NCBI GenBank assembly: GCA_017518295.1
Contig: JAFWVJ010000012.1
Location: 174,361 to 238,360, forward strand
Direction: 5' to 3'
Origin: Clostridia bacterium
Lineage (GTDB): Bacteria > Bacillota > Clostridia > TANB77 > UBA1234
DNA: 64,000 nucleotides
How positions within the stretch are numbered: position 1 is the stretch's first letter; the number at the start of each line of letters is the position of its first letter. The notes under the pieces were generated by a model. The model did no database searches. It was not told the DNA's origin and saw nothing but the letters and a program-made list of their open reading frames with translations. Below are positions 9,415 to 19,430 of the stretch, piece by piece. The position numbers were made by a program, and so were the translations under genes.

Positions 9415-10242
9415 ATGGGCATTATAGATGGAAAGGTGATTTCTTCTAAATTAAAAGAAGAATTTAGATCTAAAATTGATTCATTAGAAAAGAAGCCATT
9501 TTTGGTAATGATTAGAATTGGTGACGATGCTGCAGCTGAAATATATACAAGACTTAAAGGAAAAACCTGTTTAGAATTGGGAATTCCATATACGGAACTA
9601 CATTTAAAATCAGACATTACACAAGAAGAATTATTAAGTCAGATTGATGAATTAAATAATGATGATAAGGTTACTGCTATTTTGATTGAAAGTCCAATTC
9701 CTTATCATTTAAATATTTTAGAAGCGTTTGATCGAATTGATCCTAAAAAGGATGTTGATGGATTAAGTAGTTATAATTTAGGTAATTTAGCAGGTAATCA
9801 TCCAATTTTTACACCAGCAACACCACTAGGCATTATGACATTATTAAAAGAATATAGAATTGAAATTGAAGGTAAGAAGTGTGTTGTTGTAGGAAGAAGT
9901 AATTTAGTTGGAAGACCCATGGCTATGTGCTTATTAAATGCTAATGGTACTGTTACGATTTGCCATTCCAGAACAAAAGATTTAGCTGATATTACAAGAC
10001 AAGCTGATATATTGGTTGTTGCAATCGGCAAGCCAAAGTATATTAAAGAAGACATGATTAAGGAAGGCGCAGTAGTTATAGATGTTGGCATTAATAGATT
10101 AGAAGAGACTAAGAAAATTGTTGGGGATGTTGATTTTGATCAAGTAAAAGATAAATGTAGTTATATAACTCCTGTACCAGGTGGTGTTGGACCAATGACT
10201 ATAATTAGCTTGATTCAAAATTTGATAAAAACAGTTGAATAA
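9415..10242 (+). CDS. folD: Bifunctional methylenetetrahydrofolate dehydrogenase / methenyl-THF cyclohydrolase
   Basis: VVGRSNLVGRPMAMCLL, TICHSRT, TPVPGGVGPMT. Confidence 0.93.
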   Translation: MGIIDGKVISSKLKEEFRSKIDSLEKKPFLVMIRIGDDAAAEIYTRLKGKTCLELGIPYTELHLKSDITQEELLSQIDELNNDDKVTAILIESPIPYHLNILEAFDRIDPKKDVDGLSSYNLGNLAGNHPIFTPATPLGIMTLLKEYRIEIEGKKCVVVGRSNLVGRPMAMCLLNANGTVTICHSRTKDLADITRQADILVVAIGKPKYIKEDMIKEGAVVIDVGINRLEETKKIVGDVDFDQVKDKCSYITPVPGGVGPMTIISLIQNLIKTVE

Positions 10243-10248
10243 TATAAA

Positions 10249-10277
10249 GGGGCATTGATTTTTCAATGTCCTTTTTT
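10249..10277 (+). terminator. Hairpin GGGGCATTGA-TTTT-TCAATGTCCT + T-run after folD
   Basis: Read directly; includes G-T wobbles. Confidence 0.55.
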
Positions 10278-10320
10278 ATTTAGAGTATTTGATAATAGTG
10301 TATATTATAAAGGAGAAAAA

Positions 10321-10965
10321 ATGATTAATAAAATTACTATTGAAAATTCAGTATATCCTAATAAATTAAGAAACATTTATGATCCTCCAAAAGAATTATA
10401 TTATGTTGGTGATATTAATCTTTTGAATAATAAAATAGTTGCTATAATCGGCTGTAGAAAAGCAAGTAAATATGGCTTAAAAATAGCTAAGATTTTTTCA
10501 GAAGAATTATCTAAAAATGGTATAACAATCATTTCCGGACTTGCTATAGGAATAGATGGAGAAGCACATAAAAATTCTCTTAAAAATATAGGAAGAACTA
10601 TTGCTGTTTTAGGAAGTGGACTTGACATAATTTATCCAGAGTCACATATTGAATTATGTAAAGAAATAATAAATAATGGGGGATTAATTATTTCAGAATT
10701 TCCACTTGGAACAAGTCCTTCTAAGGAAAACTTTCCTAAAAGAAATAGAATTATTAGTGCTTTGTCTGATGGAGTTTTGGTAGTAGAAGCTAAAAAAAGA
10801 AGTGGTACAATGATTACTGTTGATTTTGCTTTAGAGCAAGGAAAAGATGTATTTATTGTTCCAGGAAATATAGATAGTTTAAATAGTGAAGGAACTAATA
10901 ATTTAATTAAAGAAGGTGCAATTATGGTAACTTCATATATTGATATTTTACATAATTTTGAGTAG
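10321..10965 (+). CDS. dprA: DNA processing protein DprA, minimal form (Rossmann-like core only, 214 aa)
   Basis: YPNKLRNIYDPPKELYYVGD, GCRKASKYG, SGLAIGIDGEAH, FPKRNRIISALSDGVLVVEA; ATG 10321 follows AAGGAG; N-terminal SAM-like and C-terminal winged-helix extensions appear absent. Confidence 0.8.
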   Translation: MINKITIENSVYPNKLRNIYDPPKELYYVGDINLLNNKIVAIIGCRKASKYGLKIAKIFSEELSKNGITIISGLAIGIDGEAHKNSLKNIGRTIAVLGSGLDIIYPESHIELCKEIINNGGLIISEFPLGTSPSKENFPKRNRIISALSDGVLVVEAKKRSGTMITVDFALEQGKDVFIVPGNIDSLNSEGTNNLIKEGAIMVTSYIDILHNFE

Positions 10966-11086
10966 TAATACTGATGTTAAATTGTTTACTTTTTCTTCTT
11001 AATATAATATAATTTTTGATGGAGTATTTTAGGTTAAAATGCTCTAATTATATAGAAAAATTCAGTTTTTGAAAGGTGGATATTTG

Positions 11087-13738
11087 ATGTCATTAAATGG
11101 CAATAATAAAGGTAACAAAAAGTCAAATAGAGATATAGATAAAGAGCTTTTAGAGAGCTCTAAAAAGTTTACTCCTTCTTCTAGAACTGGTACTTCAAAA
11201 GTTGAAGCAGTTAAAACATATGAAGAAGAAAGAGCAAAGAAAAAAGAAAAGATAAAAAGTAAAAAAAAGAAAAAGAAGTTAATATATAGGATTTTCTCAG
11301 TAATAGGAGGAATTCTTAAATTTGTATTAATCGTTACTATAATTGCTATATTATCTGCTGCTGGTTTAGGAGTAGGCTTCTATTTATCTATTGTAAATGG
11401 AGCTGGATCCTTAACTAAAGAAGATTTTGAGATAAATAGTTTTACAACTTATGTATATGATATTAATGGAAACGAGTATACAACACTGTCTGGTGCTGAA
11501 AATAGAACTTATGCACCAATCGATGAAATTTCACCTTATCTTCCACAAGCTTTTGTATCAATCGAAGATGAGCGTTTTTATGAACACAAAGGTGTTGACG
11601 TAAAGAGAACCGCCGGAGCTACTTTTAAATATATTATGAGTAAGCTTGGAATGGGATCTTCAGATTTCGGTGGTAGTACAATTACTCAACAAGTTATTAA
11701 AAAGGTTACAGGTGAAGATGATAAATCTTCTTTAAGAAAAGCAAAAGAAATAATTAGGGCTTTTCAACTTGAAAAGTGGCTTACTAAAGATGAGATAATA
11801 GAGCTATATATGAACCTAATTTATTTAGGTGAGGGTTCATATGGTGTTGAAGCAGCTTCATATACATATTTTTCTAAGAGTGCTAAAGATCTTGATATAG
11901 CTCAATCTGCTTTGATTGCAGGTTTAGCACAAGCGCCTGAAGGATATAACCCATATAAGCATCCAGATAGAGCAAAAGCAAGACAAGAACTTGTTTTGGG
12001 TAAGATGTATGAGCTTGGAAAGATAACTAAAGAAGAGTATGAGGCAGCTAAAGCTGAAGAACTTGTTTATTCAAAAGGTAATCTTCAACTTGCTTCTAGT
12101 AATTCTTACTTTATAGATGCTGTCGTTGAAGAAGTTATTTCTGATTTAATGGAAGAAAAGAATATTAATAGAGCAATGGCTCAAAAGATGGTTTATAACA
12201 ATGGTTTAAAGATATATACAACATTAGACCCTGATGTTCAAAATATACTAGAAGAAAAATATCTAAACCATGATTACTTTAAAACAAGAACTGGGTATGA
12301 TGAAAATTTACAATCAGCAATGGTTATTATTGACTACAAAGAAGGAAATGTTCTTGGATTGATTGGAGGAGCAGGAGAGAAAACTACTCTTAGAGGATTA
12401 AATAGAGCTACAGGAATGACTCGTTCTATTGGATCAAATATGAAACCAATTGGTGTATACGGTCCTGGATTAGAAGCGGGAGTCTTAACAGCAGCTACTA
12501 CATTTGATGATGTTCCTACTACATATAGAATTTCTGGTAGAGCATGGACTATTAAAAACTATGATGGAAGATATAGAGGGCTAATCAATATTAGGAAAGC
12601 TATAGAAATATCTGATAATATTGTTGCAGCAAAAGCAATGATGGAAAAAGTTGGTACAGAGTATTCTTATCACTTTTTACAAAAAATGGGTATTTCAACA
12701 CTTACAAATAATGATAAACAATCTCCTGCATCTTTATCTTTAGGTGGTATGTCTAGAGGTATTAGTCCGCTTGAATTAGCAGGTGCATATGGTACTATTG
12801 CAAACCAAGGTGTTTATGTTGAGCCAAAATTATATACAAAGATTGAAGATAGAAATGGCCAAGTAGTTTTCAACAAAACATCAAAAGTAACTGATGTTAT
12901 GAGTAGAGAAAATGCATATATTTTAACAGATATGATGCATACAGTTACAACAGGAAGCGAAGGTACTGGTAGAAATGCTAGAATTAGTGGAGGAATCGAA
13001 GTTGCTGCTAAGACTGGTACAACTTCTGATGACAAAGATAGATGGTTTTCAGCTTTTACTCCATACTATGTAGCAAGTGTTTGGTATGGTTATGACACTC
13101 CTAAATATATTAACTGTGCTACAAACCCTGGTACTAAGATGTGGCATGATGTTATGGACGAAGTACACAAAGTTAAAGGCTGTAAAGCAGCTAATTTTGA
13201 ACGTCCTGCTGGAGTAGTTGATGTTGCAATTTGTAGAGATTCTGGATTAATTGCTAGTGATGCTTGTAAGAATGACCCTCGTGGAAGTAGAGTTATAACA
13301 GAAATATTTAATAGCAAAAATGGTTCAATTCCAAAAGAAACATGTAATATTCATGAATTTGTTGAGGTTTGCCCAGATACTAATTTACTTCCAACAGATG
13401 CATGTAGAGCTGCTACATTTACACATAAGATATCTAGATTAAATCGTCATTATGAGGAAGGAAAACCAACTATAAAACCATATGATTATGCATATGAAGT
13501 TCCAACAACTTATTGCACATATCATACTAATTATGTTGCTCCTGCGACTGAAGTTAATAATGAAATAAATGATATCAATAATGTAGTAAATAATGGTGAT
13601 GCTTCAACAAACACAACAAATAGTGTTCCTGTTGAGAATAAAGTAGAACCTAGCCCAAGTAATACAGAAAATAAAAATACAAACACAAATGATACAATTA
13701 ATTCGGATACCAATAATTTACATTGGTGGGAACGATAA
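11087..13738 (+). CDS. Class A penicillin-binding protein (transglycosylase/transpeptidase, PBP1A-type) with Lys-rich cytoplasmic N-terminus and Cys-rich plus Asn-rich C-terminal extension
   Basis: GT51 motif FVSIEDERFYEHKGVD, RKAKEI..A..LE; transpeptidase SNMK and KTGTT; ATG 11087 follows AAAGGTGGA. Confidence 0.9.
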   Translation: MSLNGNNKGNKKSNRDIDKELLESSKKFTPSSRTGTSKVEAVKTYEEERAKKKEKIKSKKKKKKLIYRIFSVIGGILKFVLIVTIIAILSAAGLGVGFYLSIVNGAGSLTKEDFEINSFTTYVYDINGNEYTTLSGAENRTYAPIDEISPYLPQAFVSIEDERFYEHKGVDVKRTAGATFKYIMSKLGMGSSDFGGSTITQQVIKKVTGEDDKSSLRKAKEIIRAFQLEKWLTKDEIIELYMNLIYLGEGSYGVEAASYTYFSKSAKDLDIAQSALIAGLAQAPEGYNPYKHPDRAKARQELVLGKMYELGKITKEEYEAAKAEELVYSKGNLQLASSNSYFIDAVVEEVISDLMEEKNINRAMAQKMVYNNGLKIYTTLDPDVQNILEEKYLNHDYFKTRTGYDENLQSAMVIIDYKEGNVLGLIGGAGEKTTLRGLNRATGMTRSIGSNMKPIGVYGPGLEAGVLTAATTFDDVPTTYRISGRAWTIKNYDGRYRGLINIRKAIEISDNIVAAKAMMEKVGTEYSYHFLQKMGISTLTNNDKQSPASLSLGGMSRGISPLELAGAYGTIANQGVYVEPKLYTKIEDRNGQVVFNKTSKVTDVMSRENAYILTDMMHTVTTGSEGTGRNARISGGIEVAAKTGTTSDDKDRWFSAFTPYYVASVWYGYDTPKYINCATNPGTKMWHDVMDEVHKVKGCKAANFERPAGVVDVAICRDSGLIASDACKNDPRGSRVITEIFNSKNGSIPKETCNIHEFVEVCPDTNLLPTDACRAATFTHKISRLNRHYEEGKPTIKPYDYAYEVPTTYCTYHTNYVAPATEVNNEINDINNVVNNGDASTNTTNSVPVENKVEPSPSNTENKNTNTNDTINSDTNNLHWWER

Positions 13739-13773
13739 TTTTTTAATATACAGAAGAGAGGAAGAATAATACT

Positions 13774-14901
13774 ATGGTTAAAAAAGTTGGTATATTAACT
13801 GCAGGTGGAGATTGTCCAGGATTAAATGCTGTTATAAGAGGAGCTGTAAAAACAGCATTATATAATGGCGTTGAGGTGTATGGCTTTTTAGAAGGATACC
13901 AAGGTCTTCTTAAAAACAACTACATCAAATTGGGATTAAATGAAGTAAGTGGAATAATACATAAAGGTGGAACAATATTAAAATCAAATAATGGCACTAA
14001 CTGTTTTGCTGTTCCTGAAGTAAATGAAAAAGGCGAAAAAGTTTTTGTTGATAAATCGGAAGAAGTTGCAGAAATGCTAAAAAAAGATGGATTTGATTGC
14101 TTAATAGTAGTTGGTGGAGATGGTTCATTAAAATCAGGCCGTGACTTTATGCTACGAGGTGTAAATGTTATTGGTGTTCCAAAGACTATAGATAATGATG
14201 TTCCTTTTACAGATGTGACTTTTGGTTATAATACTGCTGTTGATGTTGCAACTGAAGCCATAGATAGATTAAGAACAACTGCTGAATCGCATGGTAGAAT
14301 TATGGTGCTAGAAGTTATGGGCAGATACGCCGGATGGATTGCTCTTTCGGCAGCTATCGCAGGCGGAGCAGATAATTGTTTGATTCCTGAAATTCCTTAT
14401 GATTTAAATAAAGTAATTGAAAAAATAAATAAAAGAAGTGAAACTGGAAGAAACTATAGCATAATAGTTGTTGCAGAAGGCGCTAAACCTAAAGAAGGCT
14501 CAATCTCTATTAGAGAGGTTGAAGGAAATGCTGAAAATGCTGGATTAGATAGTGTTAAATTAGGTGGTGCAGGTGAATATGTTGCAAAACAAATTGAAAA
14601 GTTAACTGGATTAACTACTAGATCAACAACTCTAGGATATATTCAAAGAGGAGGTAATACTTGTGCTTATGATAGAATTCTTTCAACTAAGTTTGGCTCA
14701 TATGCAATGCAACTTTGTATAGAAGAAAAATTTGGTAGAATGGTTACTGTTTTAAATGGAAAACTACAAAGTATTTCATTAAATGAAGTTGCAGGTACGA
14801 ATACTACCATTGGTGCAAAATCTTCTAATTTGAAATTAGTTGATTTAAATGGTGATTTAGTTCAAACAGCTAGAAGAATTGGAATATGTTTAGGTGATTA
14901 A
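13774..14901 (+). CDS. pfkA: 6-phosphofructokinase (GGDGS signature suggests ATP-dependent type)
   Basis: GILTAGGDCPGLNAVIRG, VVGGDGSL, GVPKTIDNDV, MGRYAGW. Confidence 0.85.
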   Translation: MVKKVGILTAGGDCPGLNAVIRGAVKTALYNGVEVYGFLEGYQGLLKNNYIKLGLNEVSGIIHKGGTILKSNNGTNCFAVPEVNEKGEKVFVDKSEEVAEMLKKDGFDCLIVVGGDGSLKSGRDFMLRGVNVIGVPKTIDNDVPFTDVTFGYNTAVDVATEAIDRLRTTAESHGRIMVLEVMGRYAGWIALSAAIAGGADNCLIPEIPYDLNKVIEKINKRSETGRNYSIIVVAEGAKPKEGSISIREVEGNAENAGLDSVKLGGAGEYVAKQIEKLTGLTTRSTTLGYIQRGGNTCAYDRILSTKFGSYAMQLCIEEKFGRMVTVLNGKLQSISLNEVAGTNTTIGAKSSNLKLVDLNGDLVQTARRIGICLGD

Positions 14902-14924
14902 TGCTAATTTTCAAGGAGTAAAAA

Positions 14925-16337
14925 ATGTATATCAATGAAAAATTAGAAGCATTTAAAAAAGATATAAATGGTAAAAGAGTTGCAATTATAGGTTTTGGAG
15001 TTAGTAATATACCACTTGTTAAATATTTGATTGATTTAAATGCAGATATAACTGTTTTTGACAAAAGAACTTTAGATAAAATTGATAAAGAAAAATATGA
15101 AGAATACGTTTTGGCTGGAGTCAAATTTTCGCTTGGAGATGAGTATTTAAAAAATTTAGTTGGATATGATTATATTTTTAGAAGCCCAAGTATGAGGCCA
15201 GATATAAGAGAAGTAGTTGATGAAGTTGAAAGAGGAGCTACTCTTACTTCTGAAATAGAAATGCTTATAGAACTTTGCCCTTCAAAGGTGATTGGAATTA
15301 CAGGTAGTGATGGTAAGACTACAACTTCAACTTTGATATATAAAATTCTTCAAGAAGAAGGTTACAATTGTTATTTGGGAGGTAATATTGGAACTCCTTT
15401 ATTTAGTAAAATTGATGAAATGCTTCCAGAAGATTTTGTAGTCTTGGAATTAAGCTCTTTTCAATTATTTACTCTTAAGGTATCTCCACAAATATCTGTA
15501 GTTACTAATATATCTCCTAATCATTTAGATATTCACAAAGATTATGATGAATATATAAATGCAAAGAAAAACATTTTTCTAAATCAAAAGAATACGGATT
15601 TACTTGTTTTAAACTATGATAATGAAGTAACTAGATCTTTTGAAAAAGATGCTAAAGGAAGAGTGAGATTCTTTAGCACTAATGATGAGATTCAAAATGG
15701 TGTCCTTTACTCTGAAAAAGATGATATTATATATATTTGTGAAAATGGCGATAAGAGGGAAGTAATTAATACTAATGAAATTAAGCTAATAGGCAAGCAT
15801 AATTATGAAAATTGCTGCACAGCTATAGCTGCCATTAAAGAACTTGTCTCGGTAACATCTATTAAGAATGTCTTAACGACTTTTAATGGTGTAGAACATA
15901 GAAATGAATTAGTTAGAATAGTTAATGGTGTTACTTGGAGAAATGATTCTATTGGTAGTAGTCCTAGTAGGACAATTGCTGGTCTAAAGAGTTTTAAGAA
16001 TAAAGTTGTTCTAATAGCAGGAGGCTATGATAAACATTTAGATTATACTGAACTTGGAAAATATATAGTTTCTTGTGTGAAAGCATTGGTTTTGGTAGGG
16101 CAAACATCAGAAAAGATAAAAAATGCGACTATAGAAGCAATGAAAGCTGCTTCTGTTTCAGAAGATGAATTACCAATATTTGAATGTAATACATTAGAAG
16201 AAGCAGTTAATGAAGCTTATGAAGTTTCAAACGATGGAGATAGCGTATTTTTCTCTCCTGCATCTGCAAGTTTTGATATGTTTAAAAACTTTGAGGAGAG
16301 AGGTCGCAAATTTAAAGAACTAGTTAATAATTTATAA
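14925..16337 (+). CDS. murD: UDP-N-acetylmuramoylalanine--D-glutamate ligase
   Basis: GITGSDGKTTTSTL, Mur ligase middle and C-terminal domains, NGVEHR. Confidence 0.9.
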   Translation: MYINEKLEAFKKDINGKRVAIIGFGVSNIPLVKYLIDLNADITVFDKRTLDKIDKEKYEEYVLAGVKFSLGDEYLKNLVGYDYIFRSPSMRPDIREVVDEVERGATLTSEIEMLIELCPSKVIGITGSDGKTTTSTLIYKILQEEGYNCYLGGNIGTPLFSKIDEMLPEDFVVLELSSFQLFTLKVSPQISVVTNISPNHLDIHKDYDEYINAKKNIFLNQKNTDLLVLNYDNEVTRSFEKDAKGRVRFFSTNDEIQNGVLYSEKDDIIYICENGDKREVINTNEIKLIGKHNYENCCTAIAAIKELVSVTSIKNVLTTFNGVEHRNELVRIVNGVTWRNDSIGSSPSRTIAGLKSFKNKVVLIAGGYDKHLDYTELGKYIVSCVKALVLVGQTSEKIKNATIEAMKAASVSEDELPIFECNTLEEAVNEAYEVSNDGDSVFFSPASASFDMFKNFEERGRKFKELVNNL

Positions 16338-16377
16338 TTATTATATATCAATATCTTAATTAGGTAGGTGATAATTC

Positions 16378-16953
16378 ATGGCAAACTCTAAACTCATCGT
16401 GGTTGAAGGACCACAAGGTGCTGGAAAAACTACTGTTACTGATTTTATTAGACACAAAATTCCTTATACTAATCTTTATAGGCTTAGTGGTAGTAGTGAT
16501 AACACTCCTTCTGGAAAGCCAAAATCTGTTTCTATGTACAATGATTTATTAGACTATATTGAAAAATTGCAAAATAAAAGTATAAATCTAGTGTTTGATA
16601 GAACATTTTTTACTGAATATGTTTATTGCAATTTAGGATTTAAAGAATTTGACTATAGAGAAGAGTTTTTAACTTTTTTAGAAAGATTTGCTAGCTTTGA
16701 CTTTGATATTTATTATATTAATCTTTATTTGAGTGATACTGATGAGTTTGAAGCAAGGCTTGCAAGAGATGGCAAAGGTGTTAACAAATATGCTAAATTT
16801 AGCAAAGAAAGTAGTGTTAAACAACAAGATGAGTATATGAAAGTTGCTAGTGAAATTCAAGAAAAGTATGGCGATAAGATTCATGTTGTAAATATCGATA
16901 CTTGTGTCGGAATTGACAAAGTAAAAGAACAAATCGCTTCTTTACTTTCTTAA
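16378..16953 (+). CDS. P-loop nucleoside/nucleotide kinase-like protein (dTMP kinase / deoxynucleoside kinase superfamily)
   Basis: LIVVEGPQGAGKTT Walker A and LVFDRTFFTEYVY; specific substrate not inferable. Confidence 0.5.
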   Translation: MANSKLIVVEGPQGAGKTTVTDFIRHKIPYTNLYRLSGSSDNTPSGKPKSVSMYNDLLDYIEKLQNKSINLVFDRTFFTEYVYCNLGFKEFDYREEFLTFLERFASFDFDIYYINLYLSDTDEFEARLARDGKGVNKYAKFSKESSVKQQDEYMKVASEIQEKYGDKIHVVNIDTCVGIDKVKEQIASLLS

Positions 16954-16958
16954 AAAAT

Positions 16959-17005
16959 AGCGACTTAATGGTTCAACTTTTTTGTTGTACCTTAAGTCGC
17001 TTTTC
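16959..17005 (+). terminator. Rho-independent terminator (AGCGACTTAA..GGT / ACC..TTAAGTCGCT + TTTT)
   Basis: Inverted repeat read directly after the stop at 16953. Confidence 0.65.
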
Positions 17006-17042
17006 TATTATTCTAAAATTTAAATAATAGGAGATTCAAAAG

Positions 17043-17502
17043 ATGAAATTATTTAGAAAAAGATTTATTCCTAATGAAATAATAGATATTTCAAAAGATG
17101 AAGTTATATATAGAGATGAAAACTTAATTATAACTAAATGGCTTCCAATTCATCCTAGAGATGATATTGAAAGCCGGTATGTCGTGGACGTATTTTAATG
17201 ATGGTTATAAAATTAGTAAGTTTTTTAATAAAGATGGAAATTTATTATACTATTATTGTGACATTATTGATTATGAGTATGATGCAAATGATGATAGTTA
17301 TATTTTTATAGATTTATTAGTAGATATTAAATATTATCCAAATGGAAAAATTGAGTTTTTGGATTTTGATGAGTTACAAAAAGCATATGATGAAAAGCTT
17401 ATAGATGGAAAAATGCTTTTAAAAGCTATTTCTAATTTGAATAAGCTTACTGTGATAATAGAAGAAAGAAAAATAGATGAACTATGTACTTATGATACAT
17501 AG
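17043..17502 (+). pseudogene. DUF402-family (nucleoside di/triphosphatase-like) gene split by an apparent 1-nt insertion; fragments 17043..17198 and 17161..17502
   Basis: SD AGGAG plus ATG 17043 gives MKLFRKRFIP...ITKWLPIHPRDDIES then CGG...stop; +1 frame continues GMSWTYFNDGYKISKFF...YYYCDII...DLLVDIKYYPNGKIEFLDFDEL, the DUF402 core. Confidence 0.6.
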
Positions 17503-17519
17503 ATAGAAAGGTTGTAAAT

Positions 17520-19331
17520 TTGGAAAGACAAGATAAGATTAGAAATTTTTGCATTATTGCTCATATTGATCATGGAAAATCTACACTTGCTGATAGATTA
17601 ATTGAGATGACAGGTGCACTTTCTAAAAGAGAGATGGAAGCACAAGTTTTAGATAATATGGACTTAGAAAAAGAACGTGGCATTACAATTAAACTTCAAA
17701 GTGTTAGAACTATATATAAAGCAAAAGATGGCGAAGAATATGTTTTGAATTTAATAGATACTCCAGGACATGTTGACTTTAACTATGAAGTCTCTCGTAG
17801 TTTAGCAGCATGTGAAGGTGCAATTTTAGTTGTAGATAGCACACAAGGAGTTGAAGCTCAAACTCTTGCAAATGTGTATTTAGCGGTTGATAACAATTTA
17901 GAGATTGTTCCAGTTATAAATAAGGTTGACTTACCAAATGCAAGGCCGGATATTGCTATATCTGAAATAGAAAATGTAATTGGTATTCCAGCTGAAGATG
18001 CTCCGCTAATATCTGCCAAAACAGGTTTGAATGTAGATCAAGTATTGGAAAAAATCGTTTCTAGTATACCAGCTCCTAAAGGAGATGAAAATGCTCCATT
18101 AAAAGCATTAATATTTGATTCATATTATGATAATTATAAAGGTGCAGTTGCATTTGTAAGACTTAAAGATGGTAGTGTAAAAGTAGGCGATGAAATTTAT
18201 TTTATGGCTACAGGAAAAATAGAAACTGTATCTGAAGTAGGATATTTTGGTGTTGGCACATATAATCCTTGTAAAGAATTAAAAGCAGGTGAAGTAGGTT
18301 ATATTGCTGCCTCAATTAAGAATGTTTCAGATATCCATGTTGGTGATACTATCACTTTAAGAAATAAAAAGGCAGATGAAGCATTACCTGGATATAGAAA
18401 AGTAACTCCAATGGTTTATTGTGGAATGTATCCTGCAGATGGTAGCGATTATGAAAATTTGAAAGCTGCTTTGGAAAAGCTTTCATTAAATGATGCTTCT
18501 TTATTCTATGAGCCAGAAACATCAGTAGCTTTAGGTTTTGGATTTAGATGTGGATTCTTAGGCCTTCTTCATATGGAAATTATCGAAGAAAGAATAGATA
18601 GAGAATTTAATTTAAATGTAATATCTACAGCACCTTCAGTTATTTATAAAATTAATAAAACGGATGGTACTCAAATAGAATTATATAATCCGGCAGATAT
18701 GCCTCCAATACCAGAAATTTCCACAATGGAAGAGCCAATTGTTAAAGCGCAAATAATGCTTCCAAAAGAATTTGTTGGTAACATAATGCAATTATGTCAA
18801 GATAGACGTGGCGTATATAAAGATATGAAGTATATGGATGATACTAGGGTTATTCTTGAATATGAGATGCCATTAAATGAAATTATTTATGATTTCTTCG
18901 ATGCTCTAAAATCACGCAGTAAAGGATATGCATCGCTTGACTATGAAATAATTGGTTATCAAAAATCTGAACTAGTTAAGCTGGATATTCTTTTAAATGG
19001 TGATTTGGTGGATGCATTTTCTATCATAGTACATAAAGACAAAGCATATGCTAGAGGCAGAAGAATGGCTGAAAAACTTAAAGAAAATATTCCAAGACAA
19101 ATGTTTGAAATCCCAATTCAAGCTGCTATTGGCGGTAAGATTATAGCAAGAGAGACTATCTCAGCTATGCGTAAAGATGTTCTTGCTAAATGCTATGGTG
19201 GAGATATAACTCGTAAAAAGAAGCTATTAGAAAAGCAAAAAGAAGGTAAGAAGAGAATGAAACAATTTGGTACTGTTGAGGTACCTCAAGAAGCATTTTT
19301 ATCGATTTTAAAGCTTGATGATGATAATTAG
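17520..19331 (+). CDS. lepA: Translation elongation factor 4 (LepA)
   Basis: [35 protein letters not shown]-terminal LepA domain; TTG start. Confidence 0.95.
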   Translation: MERQDKIRNFCIIAHIDHGKSTLADRLIEMTGALSKREMEAQVLDNMDLEKERGITIKLQSVRTIYKAKDGEEYVLNLIDTPGHVDFNYEVSRSLAACEGAILVVDSTQGVEAQTLANVYLAVDNNLEIVPVINKVDLPNARPDIAISEIENVIGIPAEDAPLISAKTGLNVDQVLEKIVSSIPAPKGDENAPLKALIFDSYYDNYKGAVAFVRLKDGSVKVGDEIYFMATGKIETVSEVGYFGVGTYNPCKELKAGEVGYIAASIKNVSDIHVGDTITLRNKKADEALPGYRKVTPMVYCGMYPADGSDYENLKAALEKLSLNDASLFYEPETSVALGFGFRCGFLGLLHMEIIEERIDREFNLNVISTAPSVIYKINKTDGTQIELYNPADMPPIPEISTMEEPIVKAQIMLPKEFVGNIMQLCQDRRGVYKDMKYMDDTRVILEYEMPLNEIIYDFFDALKSRSKGYASLDYEIIGYQKSELVKLDILLNGDLVDAFSIIVHKDKAYARGRRMAEKLKENIPRQMFEIPIQAAIGGKIIARETISAMRKDVLAKCYGGDITRKKKLLEKQKEGKKRMKQFGTVEVPQEAFLSILKLDDDN

Positions 19332-19430
19332 CACAAATATTAAGTTTTTATTAATTATTGGTTATATGTAAGTATTATTTTAATAGCATTTGATATAATT
19401 TTAGTGAAATTAAAAAATGGGGGTAAAGTG

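Noticed and set aside
11225-11285. A-rich homopolymer runs (up to A8) near the 5' end of the PBP gene, considered as a slipped-strand switch.
   Set aside because: They encode the Lys-rich cytoplasmic tail (KKKEKIKSKKKKKK), which is common in class A PBPs. The frame is intact, and there is no evidence of variation from a single sequence.
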